NCBI GenBank assembly: GCA_964405015.1
Contig: CAYOME010000002.1
Location: 68,174-132,173, forward strand
Direction of reading: 5' to 3'
Source: an uncultured Candidatus Saccharibacteria bacterium
GTDB taxonomy: Bacteria; Patescibacteriota; Dojkabacteria; SC72
Length of the DNA stretch: 64,000 bases
Under the pieces are notes generated by a model. That model was not told where the DNA came from, made no database searches, and saw only the letters and a list, made by a program, of their open reading frames with translations. Positions 8,539 through 18,425 of the stretch are shown one piece after another; the stretch's first letter is position 1, and every line of letters starts with the position of its first letter. A program made the position numbers and the translations under genes.

Positions 8539-10709
8539 TTTTTGATATTGCAGTAATTACAGTACTATTCGTGATAGTAATAGATATTGTATTTTTGTTT
8601 CTTTTCCTTTTTGATAAAAAATTCGCAAAGATTAGGAAATTCTCTTTGGTAATATTCTCTGTAATTCTTTGGGGTGTTACTCAAATATTGGTATATATTT
8701 CTAGGGACTTAGAATATAGCTTGCTTTACGCTAAAATAGGTTATGTAACGGTATTGCTACTGGTAATATCCTTTTATTTTTTTACTGCTTCTCTAACAAA
8801 CCTTCGTTTAAAGATTGGTCCAATTATTTTTAGTGTAATATTTTTCGTTCTTAATCTCTTTACTCCTTTTTTAGTTTCTAAAGCTGAACTGATTGATGGG
8901 AAATATATAGTATTTACAAATACTGCTATTGGTCAGATTGTATTTTTATTATTAATTTTTTATTTTATCTCTGTAATATTGATATCTTTGCATAGATATT
9001 TTTATTTAGAGAGTAAAAAATTAAATGAGAAGTTTGCGATTCTTTTCCTTATCGTTTCAATTGTATTAAGTGCTTTTTTGATAATCATATTTAACATCGT
9101 TATTCCGACCTTTATTAGCGGTAATCAGATGATGTTTCCATTAATTGGATTCAATTCATCCTTAGTATTCACTTTAGCATCTGTTTATGTTTTCTCAAGA
9201 GAGTCATATTTCGGTTTCCGTTTTATTTTCTTCAAAGCTGTTATCGGTGTTGTATTAGTAGTTTTTGCATTTATTTTCGAGATGTTAATTATGTTATTAA
9301 CTAGTTCTAAGGCAAATTTGGGGGATATTAATATATTCTTAAAACTTCTTTTTATTAATATCATTTATTCAATTGTATTTTCATATGGGATATTTACTTT
9401 GATACCGAAGTACAGGAAAGCGTTTGTTAATAGGGGGATTGAACCTGATGAATATATTATGGAATTAGAGAATGAATTGATTCCTGTTAATACGATAAAT
9501 AGGGCATTGTTTACGGTTGAGAGGCATATGGAAAAGTATTTTGATATTTCTGATGTTTTCTGGATTACTCCTACAAGTGATGGTATATCAAACAAAGAAG
9601 AAATAGATTTGTTTGATAAATTTAAGGATATTAAATCTGATCCTGAAGAGCTTATTGTCGTTAGGGATACTAAGCTACGTGATGATAGTGTATTAGACAG
9701 GATGGGTGCTAATATTATTATGCCTGTGCAAACGGGGGATAAATTGTTTGGTTTTTTTGTACTGTCTACTGATAAGTCTAGACTTTTTTATGAGGAAGAG
9801 TTGAGAATTCTTAAAAAGCTTATGATTTTTATTGTTTCCTCGTTTATTAGAATTTCGCTATATACAGAAATTGAGGTATTTAATCAGACTTTAAAGCATA
9901 AGGTAAATGAACAAACAAAAGAATTACAGGTAAAGATTAAAGAATTAGAAGAGGCTAGAAAGAAAGAAGCAGATATGATTGATATCATGGGTCATGAATT
10001 AAGAACTCCTGCTACTGTAGTTAAACTTAATGCTGAGTTGTTAGAGAAATTTGTAGGTAGTAATCCTGCAGATTTTAAGAAATATTTGGATAGGATTAAA
10101 GATTCTGTACAAACAGAAATTGGATTAATAAATACACTACTTACTTCTGCTAAGTTGGAAGGTGATAAGGTTGAGATACAGGCAGGTAAGGTAGATATAA
10201 AGGCAGAAATAGATATGGCTTTGCATGGTCATGAGGTTGATTTAAAAGAGAAGGGGTTAGAGTTTGTAAATAGGGTAGATACAAATACTCCAGAAGTATA
10301 TGCAGATAAGGTAAGGGTAGTTGAGGTATTAAATAACTTAGTGAGTAACGGTATCAAGTATACAGAAAAGGGTAGTATTACAATCACTACGGAGTATGAT
10401 GACAAGTTTGTAAAGATATCGATACAAGATACAGGTAAGGGTATACCTAAAGAGAATTTAGAAAAGCTTGGTGGTAAGTTCTATAGAATTGACAATTATC
10501 TTGGTTCTGAAATTGTTAGACCAGGTGGTACTGGTTTAGGTTTGTATGTTACCTTTGGTTTAGTAAAGTTAATGGGTGGTGATATATGGGTAGAGAGCGA
10601 AGTAGGGAAGGGTAGTAAATTTACATTTACCTTACCTATATACAATGGTCAGGTTATTAAATCTTCTGATTCTAGTAACATGTTTGAAAAACTAGGATTA
10701 AAGAAATAG
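8535..10709 (+). CDS. Sensor histidine kinase with a large N-terminal polytopic membrane domain
   Basis: About 8-9 predicted TM helices. Then a coiled coil, HisKA H-box MGHELRTPATVV, and HATPase_c with N-box NGIKYT and G-boxes DTGKGI / GGTGLGLYV. No response regulator nearby. Confidence 0.75.
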   Translation: MIFDIAVITVLFVIVIDIVFLFLFLFDKKFAKIRKFSLVIFSVILWGVTQILVYISRDLEYSLLYAKIGYVTVLLLVISFYFFTASLTNLRLKIGPIIFSVIFFVLNLFTPFLVSKAELIDGKYIVFTNTAIGQIVFLLLIFYFISVILISLHRYFYLESKKLNEKFAILFLIVSIVLSAFLIIIFNIVIPTFISGNQMMFPLIGFNSSLVFTLASVYVFSRESYFGFRFIFFKAVIGVVLVVFAFIFEMLIMLLTSSKANLGDINIFLKLLFINIIYSIVFSYGIFTLIPKYRKAFVNRGIEPDEYIMELENELIPVNTINRALFTVERHMEKYFDISDVFWITPTSDGISNKEEIDLFDKFKDIKSDPEELIVVRDTKLRDDSVLDRMGANIIMPVQTGDKLFGFFVLSTDKSRLFYEEELRILKKLMIFIVSSFIRISLYTEIEVFNQTLKHKVNEQTKELQVKIKELEEARKKEADMIDIMGHELRTPATVVKLNAELLEKFVGSNPADFKKYLDRIKDSVQTEIGLINTLLTSAKLEGDKVEIQAGKVDIKAEIDMALHGHEVDLKEKGLEFVNRVDTNTPEVYADKVRVVEVLNNLVSNGIKYTEKGSITITTEYDDKFVKISIQDTGKGIPKENLEKLGGKFYRIDNYLGSEIVRPGGTGLGLYVTFGLVKLMGGDIWVESEVGKGSKFTFTLPIYNGQVIKSSDSSNMFEKLGLKK

Positions 10710-10718
10710 AATTGGGGA
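10684..10718 (+). repeat. 35-nt direct repeat, copy 1 (includes the histidine-kinase stop codon)
   Basis: ttgaaaaactaggattaaagaaatagaattgggga. A second copy at 11023-11057 has 1 mismatch. Confidence 0.8.
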
Positions 10719-10763
10719 AAGTATATTATACGATAGATACTTTTATTTTTAATCATTCTTTGT

Positions 10764-11012
10764 ATGAAGTTTGATGTTTCGATCGGAGACCAAAAGGATA
10801 GTAAAAATTATGAAATTGAGTTTTTTGTAAAAGCCACTCAGGAAGCTTCAGATAAGGATAGGGAAAAGATATATAAAATAATCCGTATTATTGACTCTCT
10901 TGGAGATGATACTGTAGACGAAACTAGTGATAAAGATTATCGATTCCAAACAGATCAAGATGAAGGTATCGATTTGTTAAATGGTGTTCTAGAAGAGAAT
11001 TTGTCACAATAG
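10764..11012 (+). CDS. Small acidic hypothetical protein (82 aa) bracketed by 35-nt direct repeats
   Basis: ORF with D/E-rich sequence. Flanked by a duplicated HK 3'-end segment. Confidence 0.4.
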   Translation: MKFDVSIGDQKDSKNYEIEFFVKATQEASDKDREKIYKIIRIIDSLGDDTVDETSDKDYRFQTDQDEGIDLLNGVLEENLSQ

Positions 11013-11022
11013 GATTTTTCAA

Positions 11023-11057
11023 TTGAAAAGCTAGGATTAAAGAAATAGAATTGGGGA
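11023..11057 (+). repeat. 35-nt direct repeat, copy 2 (a second copy of the codons for ...EKLGLKK*)
   Basis: ttgaaaagctaggattaaagaaatagaattgggga. Encodes IEKLGLKK* in frame, mimicking the kinase C-terminus. Confidence 0.8.
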
Positions 11058-12335
11058 ATGAATATTAAGGAGATATTAGTAAGTAAGTATAATAATAACA
11101 AGGAGTTGTCCTCATCCTTTCTATGGAGATTACTTCAAGTAATCAGTAAACAAGGTTCTAGTGCATTGATGTTTTTCATTGCTACTTTTTTTCTTTCTAA
11201 GCAAGAGATGGGTATATACAATTACATATCTTCTGCATTATTTCTGTTGGTTGCTTTTTCTGACTTTGGTATCTCTACTGCAACTTCTAAGTATGTAGCT
11301 CAATACAATACCTCACAGAAAGAGAAGGTGAATAGGGTATTATTTAATTCTGGATTAATAATTTTTCTTGTATCGATAGTAGTAATATTTTTTATGGTTA
11401 TCTTTGCAAAAAGATTACTTCCTGATTACTATTCATATCTCTACTATTCCTTATCTTTTGTATTAATATATCCTTTTACTTCTTTAATTGATGGAATATA
11501 TAGGGGTTTAAAGAGGTTTAAGATATTAGCTATTGTATCTATATTAAATGGATTCTTAGGTGTTCTGTTTTCATATTTCTTTGTAACTAATTGGGGATTG
11601 ATAGGGGCATTGTTAACTCAGGTATGTTTCTTTTCTACATATGTAATAGTTTTATTGGTATTAAACAAGAATATAGAATTTAAAGTAGATAAGGGAATAC
11701 TTAAGGATATTGCTAGTTATTCTGTATATTTTGGAATTGCTTCTGTAGGATATTTCCTTATATCAAAAGTAAATATCATTATCTTGGGTAATTACAATTT
11801 ACTTGAGGAGATTGCTGTATATGAGTTATTAAACAAAATATATATCATATATCTAATCCCGTTATCTGTATTAGGGCAGGTATTAGCTCCTAATATTGTG
11901 GAGATATTTACACTTAAGCAGTATACAAAGGTCATATCTCTATTTAAAAAAGTATTAGTATATTCTCTTGGATTAACAATATTGTTCATCCCTTTGTCCA
12001 TTTTGTTAACAAATATTGTGTTGCATATATTCTTCCCTGGTTATGTAAATGAAGTATTGTATGCATTACTTTTACCTGTTACTTTGACATTTGCGAAAGC
12101 TATTCCTGTTGTAGTTATCAATACCTCGATGATTACTTCTACTGGTCATGCAAGATATATGGCTGTAGAAAATGTAATAGTAGGGATTTTGAATGTTCTT
12201 TTAAATATATTTGTTGTAAGGATATATGGATATGTAGGTGTAGTATGGGTGACCATGGTATTACAAACTCTCTCTATGTCTATTTTGTATGTTGTATATT
12301 ACTTCGCTCTTCTTAAAAAGAGTAAAGGAGTGTAA
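11058..12335 (+). CDS. Polysaccharide biosynthesis protein / Wzx-like oligosaccharide flippase (MOP superfamily)
   Basis: 425 aa, ~12 TM helices. N-terminal ...LLQVISKQGSSALMFFIATFFLSKQEMGIYNYISSALFLLVAFSDFGISTATSKYVAQY, typical of the PST/Wzx family. Confidence 0.6.
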   Translation: MNIKEILVSKYNNNKELSSSFLWRLLQVISKQGSSALMFFIATFFLSKQEMGIYNYISSALFLLVAFSDFGISTATSKYVAQYNTSQKEKVNRVLFNSGLIIFLVSIVVIFFMVIFAKRLLPDYYSYLYYSLSFVLIYPFTSLIDGIYRGLKRFKILAIVSILNGFLGVLFSYFFVTNWGLIGALLTQVCFFSTYVIVLLVLNKNIEFKVDKGILKDIASYSVYFGIASVGYFLISKVNIIILGNYNLLEEIAVYELLNKIYIIYLIPLSVLGQVLAPNIVEIFTLKQYTKVISLFKKVLVYSLGLTILFIPLSILLTNIVLHIFFPGYVNEVLYALLLPVTLTFAKAIPVVVINTSMITSTGHARYMAVENVIVGILNVLLNIFVVRIYGYVGVVWVTMVLQTLSMSILYVVYYFALLKKSKGV

Positions 12336-12344
12336 AATATATAT

Positions 12345-12824
12345 ATGGAAATATTAATATATATATTAGTAGGTTTACTTTTTTTAGGTGGTATATTACT
12401 TACGGTATTTACCCTACCTGGCGTATGGTTGGTATATATTGGAGTTTTACTTCTTGCTACACTTGATAGCTTTACGGTTATTACTCCTACTCTTTTAGTT
12501 ATTCTTTTCTTACTTTCTCTTCTTTCTACCTTTGTTGACAATATTGTAATTGCTTTGGGTGCTAAGAAATTAGGTGGTTCTAACTGGGGTATGTTTGGTG
12601 CAATTGTAGGAGGTCTAGTTGGTATGATTATCGGTAGTTTTGTAGGTATGTTACTTGGTCCTTTGCTAGGAGCTACAATATTTGAGATTGTATTTGCTAA
12701 AAAAGAACTTAAAGAGGGATTTAAAGCTGGTATTGGTTCTTTTATTGGAGTCTTTGTAAGTATATTGCTTAGGTTTGTTTTTACTGTTGGTATGGCAGTA
12801 TATGCTCTAACGGTTGTGTTCTAA
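12345..12824 (+). CDS. Small integral membrane protein (DUF456-like)
   Basis: 159 aa, 4 hydrophobic segments and Gly-rich helices. Confidence 0.4.
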   Translation: MEILIYILVGLLFLGGILLTVFTLPGVWLVYIGVLLLATLDSFTVITPTLLVILFLLSLLSTFVDNIVIALGAKKLGGSNWGMFGAIVGGLVGMIIGSFVGMLLGPLLGATIFEIVFAKKELKEGFKAGIGSFIGVFVSILLRFVFTVGMAVYALTVVF

Positions 12825-13386
12825 GGTATATTTTTAATAGCCTTTCATCTTCCAAAGATACTATATATTTACCTCCTACTGAGATATTTTTGTAATTGGA
12901 TATCTGCGGATATATTTTCTCCTTTTTCTCATATTCTTTAAATTCCCCGTCCTTTGTATCGAGGATATATATTTTTTGCTCTAAGAATGAGTAAGCACTT
13001 TTTAAAATTAAAGAATCTTTTTTACAAGATATTGGTATTACAGTGGGAAAGAGATCTTGTTGAAAAATCAATTCGTTTTTTGAATTGTAAACTGAGATTG
13101 AAGTACTAAACTCCTCTGGGGAGGATATCTCCCTATGAACATATTCACATCTTAATATTTCTTTGTCATATCCATATATACAATTTGTACAATCTTCTAA
13201 TTTGTTTCTTTGTCTTGATTCAAGGTTAAATATTTCTCCTTGGTTAGGATATGAGATTAATATGTTGTTTTGAGATATCCAATATATATTTACTGGGTTA
13301 CTCTCGATAGGCAATACATATACGAAGGTAGGGACTGAGTATGTATTAAAGAGGGTCACCAACGAAAGAAATATTTTGTTAAACAT
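12781..13386 (-). CDS. Hypothetical protein with an N-terminal signal/anchor
   Basis: ORF with a hydrophobic N-terminus (MFNKIFLSLVTLFNTYSV). 3'-overlaps the preceding + gene by ~44 nt. Confidence 0.35.
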   Translation of the reverse strand: MFNKIFLSLVTLFNTYSVPTFVYVLPIESNPVNIYWISQNNILISYPNQGEIFNLESRQRNKLEDCTNCIYGYDKEILRCEYVHREISSPEEFSTSISVYNSKNELIFQQDLFPTVIPISCKKDSLILKSAYSFLEQKIYILDTKDGEFKEYEKKEKIYPQISNYKNISVGGKYIVSLEDERLLKIYLRTQPLEHILPYQQ

Positions 13387-13397
13387 ATTTAAAGAAA

Positions 13398-14834
13398 TTA
13401 AAAATTAGGATGTGGATTGTCACCACTTAATCTGTCAGGATATACATCCTTTCCAATGGTATTGATCATATTCCAATCTATATTTATATATTCAACGGGG
13501 TTTACATGAGTTGATGAAGGTACATCCTTTCTTGTTTCAAAATGTAAGTGATATCCCAAATTCTGACAATTCCATTTTCCACTGTTTCCACTAACTCCAA
13601 GAAGTTGTCCTTTTAAAACTGGATCACCTTGCTTTACATTGTAATGGTCAAGGTGAAAGTAGGTTGAATACATTCCATTCGTATGTTTAACGATTACAAA
13701 ATTGCCTCCTTGTTTACATTCTCCTCCATATTTGTCATATCCTACTTGTATTACAGTACCATCTCCCACTGAGATTACTTTGTTTAGTCTTGCTCCAAAA
13801 TCTATCCCTTTGTGCGGACATTGATATTTTGTACACCCATGCCATTGTGTTACTCCAATATATCTATCTAATGGAAATGAGAATGGTTTTTCTTGTTTAG
13901 TAATTTTCTCTAAGGAAATATCCTTCTTGAAGGAATATTCGAAATCTATCCATGCTTTTTCTTTAAAAGAGATGTACATATTAAGCAATATTGAAGGTTT
14001 CTTTTGTTCTATGGTTTCCTTGGCTATTGATGAAATGGAGAAGGTATCTTTGTTAAAAGAAAAGCCTTTGTTTCTCAGTAAATTATTTTCAAGTAGGATA
14101 TTCCCTGAATATATTGGGTATATATCTGTATATATTTCTCCTGTTTTCTTTAATTTGCATTTACCCCATGTCTTAAAATCAAAGAGATTAAATGGCTCGC
14201 ATTGAAAGAGGAAGATATTTGAAGATATCTTCTCAGCATATTTTCCTTCCACTAGAATTGATGAATATCCTTCATTCTCTATATATTCTCCCCTCGAAAT
14301 TCCGAAACCAATATTACAATCTATATGTATTACTTCATATCTCTTTTTCTTAAGTAAGTGTATCTCACATTCCTTGGGTATTTCTTCGGATATTCCTAAT
14401 ACGGATTCTTGGATATTAGGCTTAGGTATAACTTCAACGGTTTCTTTCTTCTCTTCCTTTGGTTTTGAAATGGGTTCGGGTATTTCTTCTTTTACAATTA
14501 CCACAGGAATATCATTTGGTATTTCCTGCGGAGGTGGTAAAGGGGGTTCTTCTTCTGGAGGCTCTTCTTGTGGAGGAGGGTCAAGATATACCTGGAAGAA
14601 ACCCAAGTCTAAGGTCTTGTTTTTTCCACTATCAGGATCTACCAAGCATGTCGCATATCTGTAATATATTCCCTCTTTAGGAGCTATCCATATCTGTGAT
14701 GTTTCTCTCGTTGGAAATGTAGTATATACTACCTCTTGCTCTGATACATAAAGTATTGAGCAGAGAGCATTTTCAACAGGTGCTTCCCATTGTGAATATA
14801 CTTGTGCGTTGTAATATATTGGCATTTGATCCAT
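13398..14834 (-). CDS. M23-family (LytM-type) metallopeptidase with a Pro/Glu-rich linker
   Basis: HKGIDFGA...(HxxxD), GNFVIVKH, YFHL, GNSG..TGPHLHFE-like motif (GYHLHFETR). The PPPQEEPPEEEPPLPPPQEIP linker is N-terminal to the domain. Confidence 0.7.
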   Translation of the reverse strand: MDQMPIYYNAQVYSQWEAPVENALCSILYVSEQEVVYTTFPTRETSQIWIAPKEGIYYRYATCLVDPDSGKNKTLDLGFFQVYLDPPPQEEPPEEEPPLPPPQEIPNDIPVVIVKEEIPEPISKPKEEKKETVEVIPKPNIQESVLGISEEIPKECEIHLLKKKRYEVIHIDCNIGFGISRGEYIENEGYSSILVEGKYAEKISSNIFLFQCEPFNLFDFKTWGKCKLKKTGEIYTDIYPIYSGNILLENNLLRNKGFSFNKDTFSISSIAKETIEQKKPSILLNMYISFKEKAWIDFEYSFKKDISLEKITKQEKPFSFPLDRYIGVTQWHGCTKYQCPHKGIDFGARLNKVISVGDGTVIQVGYDKYGGECKQGGNFVIVKHTNGMYSTYFHLDHYNVKQGDPVLKGQLLGVSGNSGKWNCQNLGYHLHFETRKDVPSSTHVNPVEYINIDWNMINTIGKDVYPDRLSGDNPHPNF

Positions 14835-14917
14835 GTATATATTGTTTCAAAAAGAAATGAACTAATCTTTAAATATTTGATTTGTACTAAAGTGAAATAT
14901 TGATATAATCGAGAGCG

Positions 14918-17854
14918 ATGCTAAAAATACTAGAAGGTCTTTTTGACTCAAACGAAAAACAATTAAAGAAAATTCAATTGATAGTTGATAGGGTAAGTGA
15001 ATATGAGGAAGAGATAGAGAAGCTCTCTGATGAAGAGTTACGTTCAAAGACTCAGGACTTTAGAAATATCCTTAATGTTAATTTGGAGAATGCAAGAAAA
15101 GAGTTTAATCTCCTTAATAGGGAGGAATTAAAAAGAAGGTTGGATGAGGAAAAGGGTGTGTTAAGAGAGATATTACCTGAGGCTTTTGCAGTCATTAGGG
15201 AAGCTTCAAAGAGGGTTGCGAATCACAGGCATTTTGATGTTCAAGTTATGGCTGGATATGTGCTGTTTGATAACAAGGTGGCAGAGTTGTTTACAGGTGA
15301 AGGTAAGACATTGGCTGCTAATATGCCTTTGTATTTGTATGCATTAACAGGTAGAGGTGCACACTTGGTTACTGTAAATGATTACTTAGCAAGAAGAGAT
15401 GCAGAATGGAATGGTCATATATTTAATAGCTTGGGGATGAGTGTTGCTGCTATTAACTCTGGTACTCAATATCGATATATTACAGATGAGGAAGTTTTAA
15501 AGATTAAGGGTGATGAGGGTAAGAAGTTAATTGCAGAAAGAGAAAAGAAAGCTAAAGATGCAGGTAGGCTTAAATATGATCATATGAGTGGGGTTAATCT
15601 CATTGAATGTAGTAAGAAAGAGGCATATGCATGTGATGTTGTATATGGTACGAACAATGAATATGGTTTTGATTACTTAAGGGACAATATGGTTTCTAGT
15701 TTGGATGAACGTGTTCAAGGTCCTAGATATTTCGCTATCGTTGATGAGGCTGACTCTATCTTAATTGATGAGGCTAGAACACCTTTAATCATTTCTACTA
15801 GTGCTCAAGCTTCTAATGATATGTACAAGCAATTTGCAAATATTGTTACGGCTTTGCAAAAGGAAAGACACTATACCGTAGATGAAAAGAGTAATTCTGT
15901 ATCTTTAAACGATGAGGGTATTGATGCTGTAGAAAAGGCTTTGAAGGTAAAAAATATATATGAGAATGCACAATTGGCATATCATTTAGACAATGCTTTG
16001 AAAGCAAAAGAGCTCTACAAATTGGATGATGAATATATGATTAAGGATGGTGAGGTATTAATAGTTGATGAATTTACTGGTAGAGCTTTACCTGGGAGAA
16101 GATATAGTGAGGGTTTACACCAAGCTATCGAAGCCAAAGAAGGTGTAGAGGTAAAAAGAGAGAGTAGAACAATGGCAACAATTACTTTACAGAACTACTT
16201 TAGATTGTACTCATATCTTTCTGGTATGACAGGGACTGCATTAACTGAGGCTGAAGAATTCTCCTCTATCTACAAACTCGATACTATTGTTGTTCCTACT
16301 AACAGACCTGTTGTAAGAAAGGATTACAATGATGTTGTTTACAGAACTATGATGGGTAAGTTCCAAGCTATTGTTGAAGATATTAAAGAACACAACGCTA
16401 AGGGTCAACCAGTGTTAGTAGGTACTACATCAGTAGAGAAGTCTGAGGCCCTCTCTATGCTTCTTTCTAAAGAAGGGGTTGCCCATGAAGTCTTAAATGC
16501 TAAATACCATGAGAGAGAGGCTAAGATCGTCTCAGAAGCAGGTCAAAAGGGTGCGGTTACAATTGCAACTAATATGGCTGGTAGAGGTACAGATATCGCA
16601 CTGGGAGATGGAGTTAAGGAAGCTGGTGGTTTGTATATCATTGGTTCTGAACGACATGAATCTAGAAGAATTGATAACCAGTTGAGAGGTAGAGCCGGTA
16701 GACAGGGAGATCCTGGAGAGTCAAAATTCTTCGTATCTTTCGAAGATGAACTAATGAGACTCTTTGGTGGAGAAAGAATGCAAATGATCATGACTCAGGC
16801 CGGTATGGAAGATGATATGCCAATATCAATGGGTATATTGGGTCGAACTATAGAGAATGCTCAAAAGAAGGTAGAATCTCACAACTATGATAGCCGAAAA
16901 AGACTTGTTGAATATGATGATGTATTAAATCAGCAAAGAAATATCATATATGATCTTAGAACTAAAATACTTGAGATATCCGGAGGGTTAAAGAATGTAA
17001 AAGATATCTCTTTAAAGGATGATCTTAAATTTGTATTAGGTTTGGATATTGAAAGACTTCAAGATGAACTCGACGGTTTTGGATTGACTAGAAGAGATTC
17101 TTGGAATATTGATATGCTTAATGGTTTGAAATTTTCTTTAAATCCATTAGATATTTCAATATTGAAGAAAGTCTTGGACTATGTAGATATGCTTGTTGAG
17201 TCTCAACTTAAAGATGATATGGAGATAGATAATGTGGAGGAGAGGAATTTGTATATGCAGATTAAAAATCTTCTTACAGAGGAATTGTTTGAAAAGAGTG
17301 TAAAAGATCTTTCATACAAGGATAGTGTAGAGTACTTTAGATCTTTAGATGGTATGAATATGGTAGAGATATCTAAAGAGCTTAAGAGATTGGTTGTAGT
17401 CGGATATATTGAGCATATATATGGTATTGGAGTAGAGCCTATGAGAGAACTTTCTAAGGTCTTAATACTTCAAGGTATTGATAGATTCTGGATGGAGCAT
17501 TTGGATAATATGCAAGATTTAAGAGAGGGTATATCTTTGCGTAATTTAGCACAGAGAGATCCATTAGTAGAATACAAGAATGAAGGTTTCAGATTGTTTG
17601 ATACTATGCTTGCTAGTATTGATGAAAATACTGTAAACAGATTCTTCAAGGTACGTGTTGTAAGAAACACATCTCCATTGTCTGCTCCAATTCAAGCTAA
17701 CAAAGAGGAAGTGAAGAGTATCTCTGATTCTAGACCTGGAAATGTTAGTAAGCAAAAGACTGTTAAAAAAAATCCTAAGGTTGGTAGGAATGATCCATGC
17801 CCATGTGGTAGTGGAAAAAAGTACAAGAAATGCTGTTATCCTAAGTTTGAATAG
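14918..17854 (+). CDS. secA: Preprotein translocase ATPase SecA
   Basis: GEGKTLAA Walker A, DEADSILIDEARTPLIIS, GRGTDI, and the C-terminal zinc-binding CPCGSGKKYKKCC motif. 978 aa. Confidence 0.9.
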   Translation: MLKILEGLFDSNEKQLKKIQLIVDRVSEYEEEIEKLSDEELRSKTQDFRNILNVNLENARKEFNLLNREELKRRLDEEKGVLREILPEAFAVIREASKRVANHRHFDVQVMAGYVLFDNKVAELFTGEGKTLAANMPLYLYALTGRGAHLVTVNDYLARRDAEWNGHIFNSLGMSVAAINSGTQYRYITDEEVLKIKGDEGKKLIAEREKKAKDAGRLKYDHMSGVNLIECSKKEAYACDVVYGTNNEYGFDYLRDNMVSSLDERVQGPRYFAIVDEADSILIDEARTPLIISTSAQASNDMYKQFANIVTALQKERHYTVDEKSNSVSLNDEGIDAVEKALKVKNIYENAQLAYHLDNALKAKELYKLDDEYMIKDGEVLIVDEFTGRALPGRRYSEGLHQAIEAKEGVEVKRESRTMATITLQNYFRLYSYLSGMTGTALTEAEEFSSIYKLDTIVVPTNRPVVRKDYNDVVYRTMMGKFQAIVEDIKEHNAKGQPVLVGTTSVEKSEALSMLLSKEGVAHEVLNAKYHEREAKIVSEAGQKGAVTIATNMAGRGTDIALGDGVKEAGGLYIIGSERHESRRIDNQLRGRAGRQGDPGESKFFVSFEDELMRLFGGERMQMIMTQAGMEDDMPISMGILGRTIENAQKKVESHNYDSRKRLVEYDDVLNQQRNIIYDLRTKILEISGGLKNVKDISLKDDLKFVLGLDIERLQDELDGFGLTRRDSWNIDMLNGLKFSLNPLDISILKKVLDYVDMLVESQLKDDMEIDNVEERNLYMQIKNLLTEELFEKSVKDLSYKDSVEYFRSLDGMNMVEISKELKRLVVVGYIEHIYGIGVEPMRELSKVLILQGIDRFWMEHLDNMQDLREGISLRNLAQRDPLVEYKNEGFRLFDTMLASIDENTVNRFFKVRVVRNTSPLSAPIQANKEEVKSISDSRPGNVSKQKTVKKNPKVGRNDPCPCGSGKKYKKCCYPKFE

Positions 17855-17930
17855 CTATTATTATGGGTTTCTTGACCTATATCTCTTAATTGTAATATCC
17901 TAGATTACGTAATCAGTTAAAGGTTGAAAT

Positions 17931-18425
17931 ATGTCAAAACTAGAAAATACAAAGAAGGTTGTTACTCAGAGGCAAAGTGTACATGTTGTTTTCTTCTCAT
18001 GTCCTGACTGTGGTGAAGAGACTGAACATATTCATTTCTGTCCAGATTGTTCTAAACCAATGAGGGTCATTGATGTTGTAGAAAAATTCGGAGATGAAGC
18101 AGATGAGTTCTTAAAAAAGATACAAGAGAAAGTAGAGAATGGTACTTTAAAGAAGGATGATTTCGTTAGTGTAGAAGAGGATGATGAACAACCAAATGTA
18201 ATTGTATTAACGGATGATGTTTCATTAGATGATGGTGCTTTAGTTGATGATGGTGTTGATACATTGGGAGATATCTTTCCCGATGATGATGAAGAAAAGG
18301 TTTCCTCCTCTGCCCCAGAGGGTCTTACTGATTTGGACGATATTGTCGCAGAATTAGATAAGGAAGAGGATGACGAATTCCCATTGGTTGATGATCTTGG
18401 GGATGAAGGTCTTCCAGAGCTTTAA
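17931..18425 (+). CDS. Zinc-ribbon protein with a poly-acidic C-terminal tail
   Basis: CPDCGEETEHIHFCPDCSKPM (CxxC-x10-CxxC), followed by ~100 aa of D/E-rich low complexity. Confidence 0.4.
   Translation: MSKLENTKKVVTQRQSVHVVFFSCPDCGEETEHIHFCPDCSKPMRVIDVVEKFGDEADEFLKKIQEKVENGTLKKDDFVSVEEDDEQPNVIVLTDDVSLDDGALVDDGVDTLGDIFPDDDEEKVSSSAPEGLTDLDDIVAELDKEEDDEFPLVDDLGDEGLPEL

Noticed and set aside
14374-14680. Gly/Ser/Cys-rich 96-aa and 73-aa plus-strand ORFs
   Set aside because: Antisense to the Pro/Glu-rich linker of the M23 peptidase gene. Low-complexity mirror frames, not genes.
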